A stretch of 64,000 nt of DNA from the human T2T-CHM13v2.0 reference genome, Homo sapiens. The stretch lies in assembly GCF_009914755.1 (NCBI RefSeq), contig NC_060932.1; one strand, written 5' to 3'. Position numbers and translations under genes: made by a program. The notes under the pieces were generated by a model, which was not told the origin of the DNA, searched no databases, and was given only the letters and a program-made list of their open reading frames with translations. Positions 11,507-23,493 of this stretch are shown here, one piece after another; the stretch's first letter is position 1; each line of letters begins with the position of its first letter.

Positions 11507-11843
11507 GAGTGATTTTCAAACTTGTGTTTTTAAATTTATTTTAAAATATGACTCACAGTAAGAAAAATTCACTTTCTTTCATTACCAACACACACACACA
11601 CACACACACACACAAATAAAAAAGTACTAAACATTAACTACATGTATTGCATATTCTATTCTATCCTATCCTATCCTATCCTATCCTATCCTATCCTATC
11701 CTATCCTATCCTATCCTATCCTATTCCATTCCATTCCGATTCATGCCATGCCGTAATATTCTCCCACATTCTTTTAAAGTACTGTTATAGGCAATTAGTT
11801 TCATAACACATGATGGGTCATGACTTCTAGTTTGAATATTACT
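11507..11843. mobile_element. hAT-Charlie-type MITE containing (CA)n and (CTATC)n
   Basis: Degenerate TIRs AGTGATTTTCAAACT / AGTTTGAATATTACT; GACTCACAGTAAGAAA and ATGGGTCATGAC subterminal motifs. Confidence 0.55.
11656..11753 (+). repeat. Compound pentanucleotide STR, (CTATC)12 core
   Basis: 12 perfect CTATC units at 11661-11720, flanked by CTATT/CCATT/CATGC variants. Confidence 0.95.
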
Positions 11844-11859
11844 TATTAAAATCTATCAT

Positions 11860-12495
11860 GTAAAGCTTCCCAGAGAATATAAACTTAAATCCATAAACCT
11901 AGAATAAGAAAATAAGTGGAAGGTAGCTAGGCAAAAAGTAAGGGATGCTGGTGGTGTGCAATTGTGCTCCAGGCAGAGAAAACAAAAGGCATGGAGCTCC
12001 AAAACTGGAAAGGAGCTTGCTGAGTTCAGAAAACTAAGAGAAGGATCAGTGCAACTAGAGTATACTGACAGAGTTAGAGAGGTATATGAGTGAATCTATA
12101 TGCATATAGCTCAAAGCAATGTAGACCATATTAATAATAACTTTTTTCATGGTTTATATTGGAGGAAAGAGTACTAACATGATTAGATTTGCTTTATGAA
12201 GAAGTGATCCTGAAGGCAAAGTGGAGAAAGATCTTAGAAGGGTCAAGAGTACATATTGTAAGAACAGTTATGAGGCTGTTGCATTCAGCTTGGCGAGAGA
12301 TACGGTCATTTAGAATAGGAGGGTTGGAGGAAAGTAAATGGATTAAAATATATTTAGGAAATAAGAAAAGTTGGTTGAGGAGACACAGTGAAAGAGAATG
12401 ATGGGTTAAGGACAAAAGTTATAATAATTGCTAAGAATAGTTACTGTTTGTCAGACTCTTTCCAATGCCACCTGTGTTTTAAATTGGGCTTTCAA

Positions 12496-12527
<32 letters not shown>

Positions 12528-15410
12528 TTTCTGAATGTAACTCACATTAAGAAACACATTTTATACAAACTTATACATGCATCCCTTTATAAAACAGCAC
12601 CTCTCAGATTTCTGATTTAACAATTGAGTAAGGTTTACTGCTAGAAACTGAAATAAAATATAATGGAAAATTCTGTTTTTGGAAGGAAAATGGGGGATGA
12701 TGAGTTTGTTTATGAATGTAATAAACTTTAGATGTTTCAGTGTGGATATGAGCTCAGAAGAATTATCTAGGTTATAGATAAAATATTTGGGGGTGTTCAT
12801 TGCATAGATAAAAATGAAAGCTTATGGACTGAATGATATCACCTGGACAGAGAAGACAGAATGAAAAGGAAATGAGGCTCTGATAGTTAATATTGAGTGT
12901 CAACTTGATTGGGTGGAAGGATGCAAAGTACTGTTCCTGGGTGTGTTTCTGAGGGTGTTGCCAAAGGAGATAAACCTTTGAGTCAGTGGACTGGGAGAGG
13001 CAGACCTACTGCAATCTGGGTGGGCACCATCTAATCAGCTGCCAGTGTGGCTAGAATAAAGTGGGCAGAAGAAAGTGGAAGGAGCTGACTTGCTGAGTCG
13101 TCCAGCCTTCATCTTCCTCCCGTGCTGGATGCTTCCTGCCCTGGAATATCAGACTCCAAGTTCTTCAGCTTTGAACTCTCGGACTTCTATCAGTGCTTTG
13201 TCAGGGGCTCTCAGGCCTTCGGCCACAGACTGAAGGCTGCACTGTCAGCTTCCCTACTTTTGAGGTTTTGAGACTAGGACTGGCTTTCTTACTCCTCAGC
13301 TTGCAGGTGACCTATCATGGGACTTCACCTTGTGATCATGTGAGTCAATTCTCCCTAATACACTCTGCTTCATATATACATCTATCCTATTAGTAATGTC
13401 CCTTTAGAGAACCCTGACTAATGCAGAGGCTTAGTTTGGAGCCTTGGGCAATTCCAATACTTAATAGTCAAATTGAGGAGGAAGAGCTGGAAAAGGAGTC
13501 TGAAAGGAGTGGCCTGAGACAAAAGATGAGTATATCAGTATTGGTAATAAAGCATTTCAAATACCACTGTAAAGTTAAATAAAGTAATAATAAAAATCTC
13601 TTCTGAACTTAGATATTGAGTGTCAGTGCACTTGTCATGAGAGGTGAGAACTGTGGTGGAATGTGCATGGGTGGTAAATATGTGATGTAAACAAACTGTA
13701 TTTATTCTGTTGTAAGGTGAAATTCACAAGCTAATATGTTTTTATGGAAACATTCCCATTTTCAGATAGTTAAAAGCCTAGCCAAAATTAAAGCAAGGCC
13801 CACTAAGTCTAAGGGTGGAAGTCTGTCAAACTGTGAAGACCCACCCTGTCATCATAATAAGGGAATGCATGTAAGAGAAGCCACAGCACAATGAAGATAG
13901 CAGTGAAGTAAGGAAGGTCTTCTGACAGCATGATCAAAGTGTTTCAGGAGTTGGGAGAAGAGAAAGAGTTGGAGACATGAGGAGTGGAGCAGTGCGGGGA
14001 GGAGAAGCTCTCCTTGTAAGGCGTGGATGTACATTTGGCCTCCTTGCTATGCTCTTTAGACTGTAGGGTTTCTCTTGGATGATGTGGCAACTACATCAGA
14101 ATAAAATAGAAGTTGATACTTTTCTCAGTTGCCTTAGACCTGGCCCCTAATGTTCAGGAACACAGGGACATTGTCACCTGTGCTATGGGACAGATTTTCA
14201 GGTTAGAGCAGATTTAAGAGAGAAATGTGAATAAAGACACGATGACTATTATGCACAGAAAACTCCTTAAAGAGGTTTGCCTGTGAGGAAAAGGAGAAGC
14301 TAGATCAATATTTGGGGGGGGGGGGTTCTTTAAGGTTGAAGAAATATTTTTTCCTTAAGGAATAAGGCTGCCTCATTCATTGTAATGGAAAGAAAGATGG
14401 AAAATAGGGAGCTATTTCAGGTAGGCCCACAGCTGTGGTGGTGCAAAGTTGAGAGGGTTGTCTTCTGAATTTTATATTCTCTGTGAAATATGTAGAGAAA
14501 ATAGGTAGTGAGATAATTTCTTGGGAGAGAGAGAAATGGCAGAAGATGAGTGAACAAGCGAAACATAACAGAATCCCAGGGAAGGGCTGAGGACCCAGTT
14601 TAGCTTATAATGGTTTTAATCTTCTCAGTTGTGTAAAATTTCCCATCAGCTCCGCAGCTTGCACAGGGGAGGCAGAAGGATGGATGCATCCTGGCTTAGG
14701 ATGTTGGCAGAGGTGTAACTAAAGGACAATAGGGGAAATTTGGTTCAGCATATTAGCAAAAGGATGACTAAACTAATGAACCATGAACTCTAATTGGTAG
14801 ACTGGAATTATGATGAATTCAAATGCAAAAATGTTTCTGAATTTTTTAATTTCTGAATTCATCTTGAGCTAGACTTCTCATTTCTTCAGGGCAGGAAAAC
14901 AAATTTACCAATAGAGGCTAACTCAATCTTCTGTTTTAACGTCTCATTTGGAGCAAATTTTCCATTAATTAGTTAAAAAATTCCTTTTATAAATGTTTCT
15001 CCTCAACTCAAGGGATCTCGTTTTTATTTCTTTTTTTTTTTTTCCAGAAGGTCTTTTGGTAGAGGAGCTCAACACCAAATGAGTGGGAGACAAGGACACT
15101 TAAATCTGCCTTTTGTCTTTACTCTTCTTATTCTCCTCTTTGGCTTTTTTCAGTAGCTGGAAATGTTTATGTCAGTGTCTTGTCTGAATAGGAATGACTA
15201 CCATATCAGATCATCTTCTTTCTCCAGGAATAATGAGGCAAAATGGAAATCTTGGCAATAACAAGACTGGTCTGGGGTTTGAGTTATCAATGCCAACTTG
15301 AAATCGTCCAAAGCAAGCATAAATTGGAGTGGAGATTGAGACCATGAGGCAAAAAGCCTTCAGTAGATGAGGCAAGTGTTCCAGAGTGGTGGCAAAGAGA
15401 TTTTAAATAC
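11860..15410 (-). mobile_element. Long fragmented L2, reaching the endonuclease region; interrupted by MLT2A and other inserts
   Basis: Purine-rich L2-like + strand (CCAGGCAGAGAAAACA, GAGGCTGTTGCA, GCCTTGGGCAATTCCAATACTTA); about 15280-15400 minus resembles APE motif LGDFNIHIDD (LDDFKL.IDNSN). Confidence 0.6.
12879..13425 (+). mobile_element. MLT2A1-like (HERVL) solo LTR
   Basis: TGATAGTTAATATTGAGTGTCAACTTGATTGG..GAGAACCCTGACTAATGCA; 5-bp TSD GAGGC (12874-78, 13426-30). Confidence 0.9.
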
Positions 15411-16904
15411 CATTTCAGTAGAGACACTTTAATCATAAAGTAATAAAATTGAGTGGAATGAATATAATATAGATACTTTTCAGAGGTGGGATGCAAGGGA
15501 AATTTATAGCTAGAAGCTGATAAAAGATAATAATCTTGGAATTTTTATGCTAAGATTTTCCAAAGAAGATATGATCTCTGACATACTCTGGAAGTTTGTC
15601 ATTGGTCTCCAAAGGTTACAGTGGCATAGAGAAAAATTTTTTCTTCACTTTTCAATAGATAAGGGGTGGAAAAAGTATATGATGAGTAGTTTGGAGGAAG
15701 GCATCAAGATGCTCTTCCCTCCTATGTTTCTTTGCTCCTAATCTAACAGCTTTGCAAGATCTGGAGTCACCAAGATTACTGCCAAAAGTCATGTCTGCTC
15801 TTTATTGGCATTTTAAACAACAGGATATGGAAACAAGCTATGAGTAGCAATCACTGTGATATTTTTTGAATTTTGACCAAAAAGAGATACTGAAATATCC
15901 TTGGGCAAATGGACCTTGCTGAAGGTGGTTTTCAAGTATCTCACCCTGCTGTCTTGGGTATAAAATGCAGGAAGGCAGTGGGGCATTGTGAGGGGGTTGA
16001 AGATTCAGACATAAGCAATTCCTGGCTATATGTCAACTGAGAGATACTTTGAAATTTACTGCTTTATTGTAATTAACTAAACACTTGATTTAATTTGTAG
16101 TTCTTTCAATTACAGAAAAGAATCTGGTAGATAATTTTTGATATTTCCAAGGTTTCATTGAGTGGTAGATTTAATCTATTATAAAATGCATCTACATTTA
16201 AGACTGATTAATTTCTTTTTCAAAAATAATTCCAGACGATGCTATGAATAAAGTTCCATATTATGCAAAGCAATCTTTTAAAAAATATATAAACCAAACT
16301 GTTATGATTAATTCAAAGTTATCATGTGGTGGGTGTCTCTTTATTTACAGTCATTAGAATTTATGCTGTTTTCAGAAATTGTACCTTATTACATGGCTTA
16401 TTTTTCTCTAATGCTAAAGGTGTTTCCTAATTACAGTACAATTAAATGTAATTTATCAAATAGAAATAAAGACAAAACCAGTAATCAGAGACTCTTCCTC
16501 CATTCACAGATATTCATTGAAGGTGTATCATGTAATTAGTTTACCAGTGTTTACTCTAGAACAAGTAGAATAAAATTGTCATCATTTTTCCTTTCATCAT
16601 CTGACAACATGCTTAGAATTCATTTGCATAGCTTTACAATGGAAGTCATTACCCTCATCACAGATCCACTGTTGTATAATCAGCAATAAAAAATTGAAGT
16701 TTATGAAGAAGATAGAGACAAGAAGATGGATTTATTCTTGAATGAAAGAGTTCAAAGTTTCTATTTTTTTAAAGGGATCAAGGAAGTTTTTTTTTTTTTT
16801 TACAGAATGTTAATTTATTTTATATGGATAGAGAAAGAGTAAAGGATTTTGAATAATGCAATTAAAAATCTATTATATGCTGTAAAATAGTGACAAACTT
16901 TAGC

Positions 16905-17010
16905 TTGTTTCAGAATCTCCTGGAGGGCTTCTTAAAACAGAGATTAATGGGCTCCACTTTTAATTTTTGATTCAGTAGGTCTTGAATGGGGCCCTTGACT
17001 TTGCATTTCT
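16905..17010 (+). mobile_element. MER5A fragment
   Basis: CAGAATCTCCTGGAGGGCTTCTTAAAACAGA..TGATTCAGTAGGTCT..TTTGCATTTCT. Confidence 0.7.
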
Positions 17011-17045
17011 TTTTTTTTTCTTTGGTGAGATCCAATTTCATGTTA

Positions 17046-17441
17046 TTTTTTTGTTTTGTTTTGTTTTGTTTTAAATATACTTTAAGTTCTGGGATACATG
17101 TGTAGAATGTGCAGGTTTGTTACATAGGTATACACACGCCATGGTGGTTTGCTGCACCTATCAACCTGTCATCTGTATTAGGTATTTAACCTAATGCTAT
17201 CCTTCCCCTAACCCCTCACCGCCTGACAGGCCCTGATGTGTGATATTCCCCTCCCTGTGTCCATGTGTTCTCTTTGTTAAGCTCCCACTTATGAGTGAGA
17301 ACATGCGGTGTTTGGTTTTCTGTTCCTGTGTTAGTTTGCTGAGAATGATGGTTTCCAGCTTCATCCATGTCCCTGCAAAGGACATGAACTCACCCTTTTT
17401 TATGGCTGCATAGTATTCCATGGTATATATGTGCCACATTT
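17046..17441 (-). mobile_element. 5'-truncated L1PA (L1PA7/8-like) 3' end
   Basis: ATACTTTAAGTTCTGGGATACATGTG; minus ORF MWHIYTMEYYAAIKK (ORF2 C-terminus); (GTTTT)n tail. Confidence 0.9.
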
Positions 17442-17729
17442 GGGTTCAAGAAATGTTAACACAGACCTCTTGTAATCTTGAGTTTAGGCAAATTCCCAAG
17501 AAGACAGATTCTATTTACTCCTACACATGAGAAAGTGAGACAGAATACTGAGACATGACTTACAAATGAAATAGCCCCAAACTAGTGTTGTCCACTTGTT
17601 TCCTCACACATCCTCACCCATCCAAAAGCAATAAAGGGATTAAAGTTGGAGAGGCTAGGCAGTGGGAGATAGATTTCTTCATACATGGTAGGCTTTATGT
17701 TCTTCCTCTTCCCCAAGGTGCTAGTGGGC

Positions 17730-17758
<29 letters not shown>
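17730..17758 (+). repeat. (TG)n microsatellite
   Basis: About 14 TG units. Confidence 0.95.
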
Positions 17759-17760
<2 letters not shown>

Positions 17761-18192
17761 TGGGGTGGGTGTTTTTCTCATCTCATATCTATTAAGAGGC
17801 ACTTCATGAAACCTCCTGGAAATCCAGATATGTGTATCTGTGGTTTGGAGAACACATAAGCTGGGGCAGTATCTGCTTACCAAGCAACTAAATGAAAAGA
17901 AAGATGTATTCAGGAAGTAACTACACTCATGCTAATTTTTGTCAAAGGTGTATATAACCCAGTTTTGCTCTTTTGACAAAACTGTTATAGTCATCTATAT
18001 TATATATATTTAATATAAGTGGATTAGCTTCCCAAGTAGCAACTATCTAACTGGTTTGAGTTCAAGGTAGGGAAACATCCCCATTTATCCACCTCCTCAC
18101 TACAATTCTTTCTCAACTCTTGGTTTCCTGTTGTAATGTTTCTCCATTTATAGTGGTTAAAAGCATAGGTATTGGGATCAGACGCACCTGAA

Positions 18193-18216
18193 ACACACAC
18201 ACACACACAGAGCACA

Positions 18217-18254
<38 letters not shown>

Positions 18255-18693
18255 CAGGGGGCAGACAGATTTATTATGAGGAATTGACTCCTGTGATTAT
18301 GGAGGCTGAGAAGTCCCATGATCTGTTGTCTGCAAACTGGAGACTGAGGAGAGCTGGTGGTATAATTCAGCTTCAGTCTGGAGGCCTGAGAAACAGGGGA
18401 GCCTGTGGTAAAAATAGGACAGGGTGAGGGCAGAAGAGAATGGGATGAGATGTTCAGCTCATGCAATAAAGCAGAAAATAAGAAGCAAATATCTCCTTCA
18501 GCTGTCCTTTGTTTTATTCAGGTCCTTAATAGATGATACCTACCAACAATGGGGAGGGCTATTGGTTTTACTCAGGCCACCAATTCAACAAATACCTTCT
18601 AGAGACACCCTCATAGACACACCCTGAAATAATGTTTATCTGGGTATTACATGGCCCAGTCAAATTGACAGATAATTAAAATTAACCATCACA
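18193..18693 (-). mobile_element. MLT2B-like LTR with (CA)n tract
   Basis: AGATTTATTATGAGGAATTGACTCCTGTGATTATGGAGGCTGAGAAGTCCCA..AAAATTAACCATCACA. Confidence 0.8.
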
Positions 18694-18715
18694 ATGATTA
18701 ATCTCAAAAGACTCT

Positions 18716-18869
18716 TCCTGTGTCCAAGTGTTCTCATAGTTCAATTCCCACCTATGACGAGTTAATGGGTGCAGCACACCAACATGGCACACGTATACAT
18801 ATGTAACAAATCTGCACGTTGTGCACATGTACCCTAGAACTTAAAGTATAATATATATATATATATATA
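18716..18869 (+). mobile_element. Miniature 5'-inverted (twin-primed) L1PA3/4-like insertion
   Basis: Antisense 3'UTR piece 18716-18757, sense 3' end 18754-18851, (TA)n tail, 16-bp TSD AATCTCAAAAG[A/G]CTCT. Confidence 0.9.
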
Positions 18870-18904
18870 AATCTCAAAAGGCTCTGTCACTACATTTCAT
18901 TGGC

Positions 18905-19110
18905 AGCTGTCACCTACTATGTGCTGGCCTCAGTGTTAAGTACTTTTTTCCCTAATCTTTCCTGTAATTCTAAAAGCATGGTATTATGATCCCTGGAACA
19001 TACTAGGAAATTATGGTTCAGAGAATTCACACACCTTGCTTAAGTCTGCATAGCTAGTAAGACTTAAAAAAACATCGAAGTTGAAGCCCATGCTCTTTGC
19101 ATTCTACCAT
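18905..19110 (-). mobile_element. MIR
   Basis: CACCTACTATGTGCTGGCC..GGTTCAGAGAA..CATAGCTAGTAAG. Confidence 0.6.
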
Positions 19111-22100
19111 GATTGCTCAGTTCAGCATATTTTTATTCCCTGAATAGAGACGACAAAACATGGGCATTTCTTTTGAAGAATTTATTGATTTCACACTGGT
19201 ACTTAAAGGTATTCCTGGAATGAATTTGCCAAAGGAAAAGGGAGGGTATATAGAAAACCTAGAAATAAATGCAAATTAGGTCCACTTCATATTATGGCCT
19301 AGAAATTACACTGGTATATGTGCTTAATATTTAAACATATGGAACACAGATCTATCTGCCAGATATATAGAAACCTTAATATTTCTTCTTAGGGAAAGAA
19401 AAGGAAATAATTTATCTAGCTTCTATCCTATTATTGATGTGCTATGTTATATTGTATTAGGCAATTTATCTAGTATCAAATAAATAGTTGACCCAATGAA
19501 GAGCCTTTTAAATTTTTAACTCCCGATCAGTTTTGTTTTTATTTTTTTCCTTTAAGATAATCCTATGCCCAAAGTTTCCATGTACTAAAATATGTCAGAA
19601 TTTTATTCTGGGGACACTATTTTTTGAATCATAAAATATAAGTTATATCTTACTACTTCATCATTTAACATTGTTGTATTAGTTTTGAACATAAATTTCA
19701 GATGCACAGAAACATTTAAATGGTATTTAAATATCAAACAGGCAACATATTTTTGTACTGGTTATATGCTCAGGGCAGAAAAATTAACATTTCTTGTCTT
19801 GTCTGTGGTTATCAGATATTTTTTTCCCTAGAGGGTACATGAATTAATAAATTCTTCTCCCACTTTTCAAAACCGCAACTAAATAAGCAGTTGTTGGGCT
19901 TGAGGATTGGCTAATCTGTGTAATACTCCTCTGCCCCTCAGGAAGCTATTAGTTGCCTATTCTTGTGTAGACAGAACTAAGATTTTTTCTTAGTTTATAT
20001 AAATATCAGAAATATACCTTATAAAAATATAAAACCTGTATATATAAATTATATCATCAAATATTATTTCTAATTTTTATTTTTCTGTTACCTAAATTAC
20101 ACATGCATTCAAAACTAGTCTATAGAGAAAGTTCGTGGAATAAATTCAGAGTAAGATCTAGAACATGCATCCCTGATGTGCATATTCCAATATATTATGT
20201 TAGACTAATATCTATGATATCCATTCTTAACCTTTAAATTTTGAACTTCATTGATATATTGCTTTTGGAATCTTGAAAATAATTTTTATTTCTCACTTTT
20301 TGTTAAAATTTGCTGAGATTATTATGTTATTGCTTGGTATCAACCAAAAAAGAATGTAATTGAAAAAAAGCCTAGTGTTCTTAATAATATCTGTATGGGT
20401 TCATACTATGTCTAGTGGAATTCATTTCATTGATTTGTATCTTTTTTATATCTTATTTTACCTGCCTTTTTTTACTATTACTAAACAATCCAAACAAATT
20501 TATATACTTTGCACTTAATTTTATAATTATTTTTCCCATTTTTGCTGACCATAGCAGTATAGGGGCAGATAAGAATGGGGGCATTCTGGGAGTACTAACA
20601 TTCTGGATTAAGACCGTCAGTATTATATCAAAAATATTTGAGGAATTACACTTCCATGTGAGTGTTTTCAAGGATTTGGGGGAGACACAGAAGTACTGCT
20701 ATGAAAAGAAGGTAATTTCCACAAAGGTCCTTAAAACTGGTGTTTTATTTAAATAGGAATCTTTACATATTTAGGATAATGTGTTTACATTTGGAAGTTC
20801 TTTGCTTTTGATATTAATGTTTCAGTTTTAATACCTTTTCCCTAGAAAAAAATAGAAAAGGATTGCTGCATTTTATGTTTGGTTTCCTTTGGGATTTAGA
20901 AATATTCTACACCACAAACTGAAATCCCCAAATATTACTGATCAAGTTCAGCACTGTCTGAGTAAGGAAGGCTGTGAGGCAGTTGGGTGAAGTACATGGG
21001 TGAATTATTATTTCTTTTTTTTTTCCTAGACCACAAGGTGTAGAAGCAGGACATTCTGCTTTTTCTCTTGTTGCCTGGGACAACTTGGGGGCCCAGGCCT
21101 CTCAAAGTGAGCACTCCAGCAGACAGGTAGGAGAAAACCTGTGAGGGGAATGTCATACAGTGAGCTGTGTCTCTTCAGCTTCTGCTTATTGTCCCACTTG
21201 ATCTAGTACACACAGTAGTATTTTTACAAAACTAAGAACCAACAAAATTGGCTGGAAAGGGCATTGGAAGCTTAGCTCACCCCTCATGATTCCTGTCTCC
21301 CAAATTGAAGTCAAGGTTAAAATAACCCAGTGGTGAACAACATATCATCCAAAGCTGTCTGTACAAGGTGGAAATGTTCTCATAAGCAGTTTTGCAGACA
21401 AGAAAAATACTGGCTTGTGTAAATTGCTAGCTCAGCCCTTTTGTGACAGGATTACAAAATAAGGACTCTGATTTTATTTCTTATGTCTTTTATACCAAGT
21501 GAATGAGGGAGTGAAAAACATCTTACAGAATCTGTCTCAGGGATCAGGAGCCTTGCCCTGAGTTCTCTATTTCTAGGATAAGAATAAGGAAAAAACCCTA
21601 CACATGCTCAATTTTAACTTTAGTGTCAAGGCTAACTCTTAGTTCCTGCCATCTTTTATCTTTTTTTGTCGTTGTTGTTATCTTACCATTTTTTGCTGAA
21701 CCTCTTTTGCTTTGAACTCTTTTGTCTTCTCTCTCCTTTTAAATTGTATACATTAAGGTGTACAACATGAAATTTTGCTGTACATACACTAGTGAAATGA
21801 ACACTGTAGTCAAGCATATTATTCTACTCATCACCTTCCATAGTTACCTTTGTGTATATATGTGTGGTAACAGCTCCTAAAATAAACTCTTAGCAATTTT
21901 TCTATATACGATAAATTGTTATCAACGATTGTCCTCATGCTGTACATTAGCTCTTTAGATTTATGTATCCTACATAGCTGCAAATGTATACTCTTTGACC
22001 TCCTTCCCTCCCTGTCCCTAGCCAGATTTACATATGTTGTTTTAAAGGACAGGCTTTACTTTTATAAGACTGAACAATATTCCATTATACCCATTTATTT

Positions 22101-22491
22101 GTCTATTCATCCACTGAGGAACTCTTAGTTTGATTCCATACCTTGGCTATTGTGACTAGTGCTGCGATAAACATGGAAATGCAGATATTTCTAGAAGGTG
22201 CTGTTTTAATTTCTTTTGGGAATATACCCAGTAGTGAGATTGGTGGGCACAAATAAATAAAAAGGTATGTTTATAGATTGATAGAATGAATGTTGTTAAA
22301 ATGTCCATACAACCAAAGCAACACACACATTCAACACAATTCCTATCAAAATTCCAATCATATTTTTCACAGAAATAGAAAAAAAAATCCTAAAATTTGC
22401 ACTAAACCAAAAAAGCCCTTGAATAGCCAAAACAATCTTGAGAGAGAAAAATGAAGTTGGAGGCATCATACATCTTGATTTCAAATTATAT

Positions 22492-23154
<663 letters not shown>

Positions 23155-23493
23155 ATAGGGCAAAGCTATAGTAATCAGAATACAGTACTGACATGAAAAC
23201 AGACACACAGACCAATAGAACAGAATAAAGAGCCAAGAAATAAATAAATCTAAGCAAGGGTAACTAATTTTCAACAAGGCCACCAAGAAGACACATGGGA
23301 AAAGGAATAGTTTCCTCACTAAATGGTGTTGGGAAAACTAGATATCCACATGCAAAAGAATACAATGGGGCCCTTATCTTACACCATACACAAAAATTAA
23401 CTGAAAATGGATTAAAGACCTAAAAATAAGACCTGAAACTGTAAAACTTCTAGAAGAAAACACAGGAGAAAAGCTCCTTAATATCAGTCTCAG

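Noticed and set aside
15280-15680. Minus-strand peptides (FPLHPTSEKYL..FYYF..LDDF) resembling DIRS/Ngaro reverse transcriptase
   Set aside because: Needs several frameshifts and the spacing is off; the LDDF region fits L2 endonuclease LGDFNIHIDD and is collinear with the adjacent L2. A Dfam/tblastn search would settle it.
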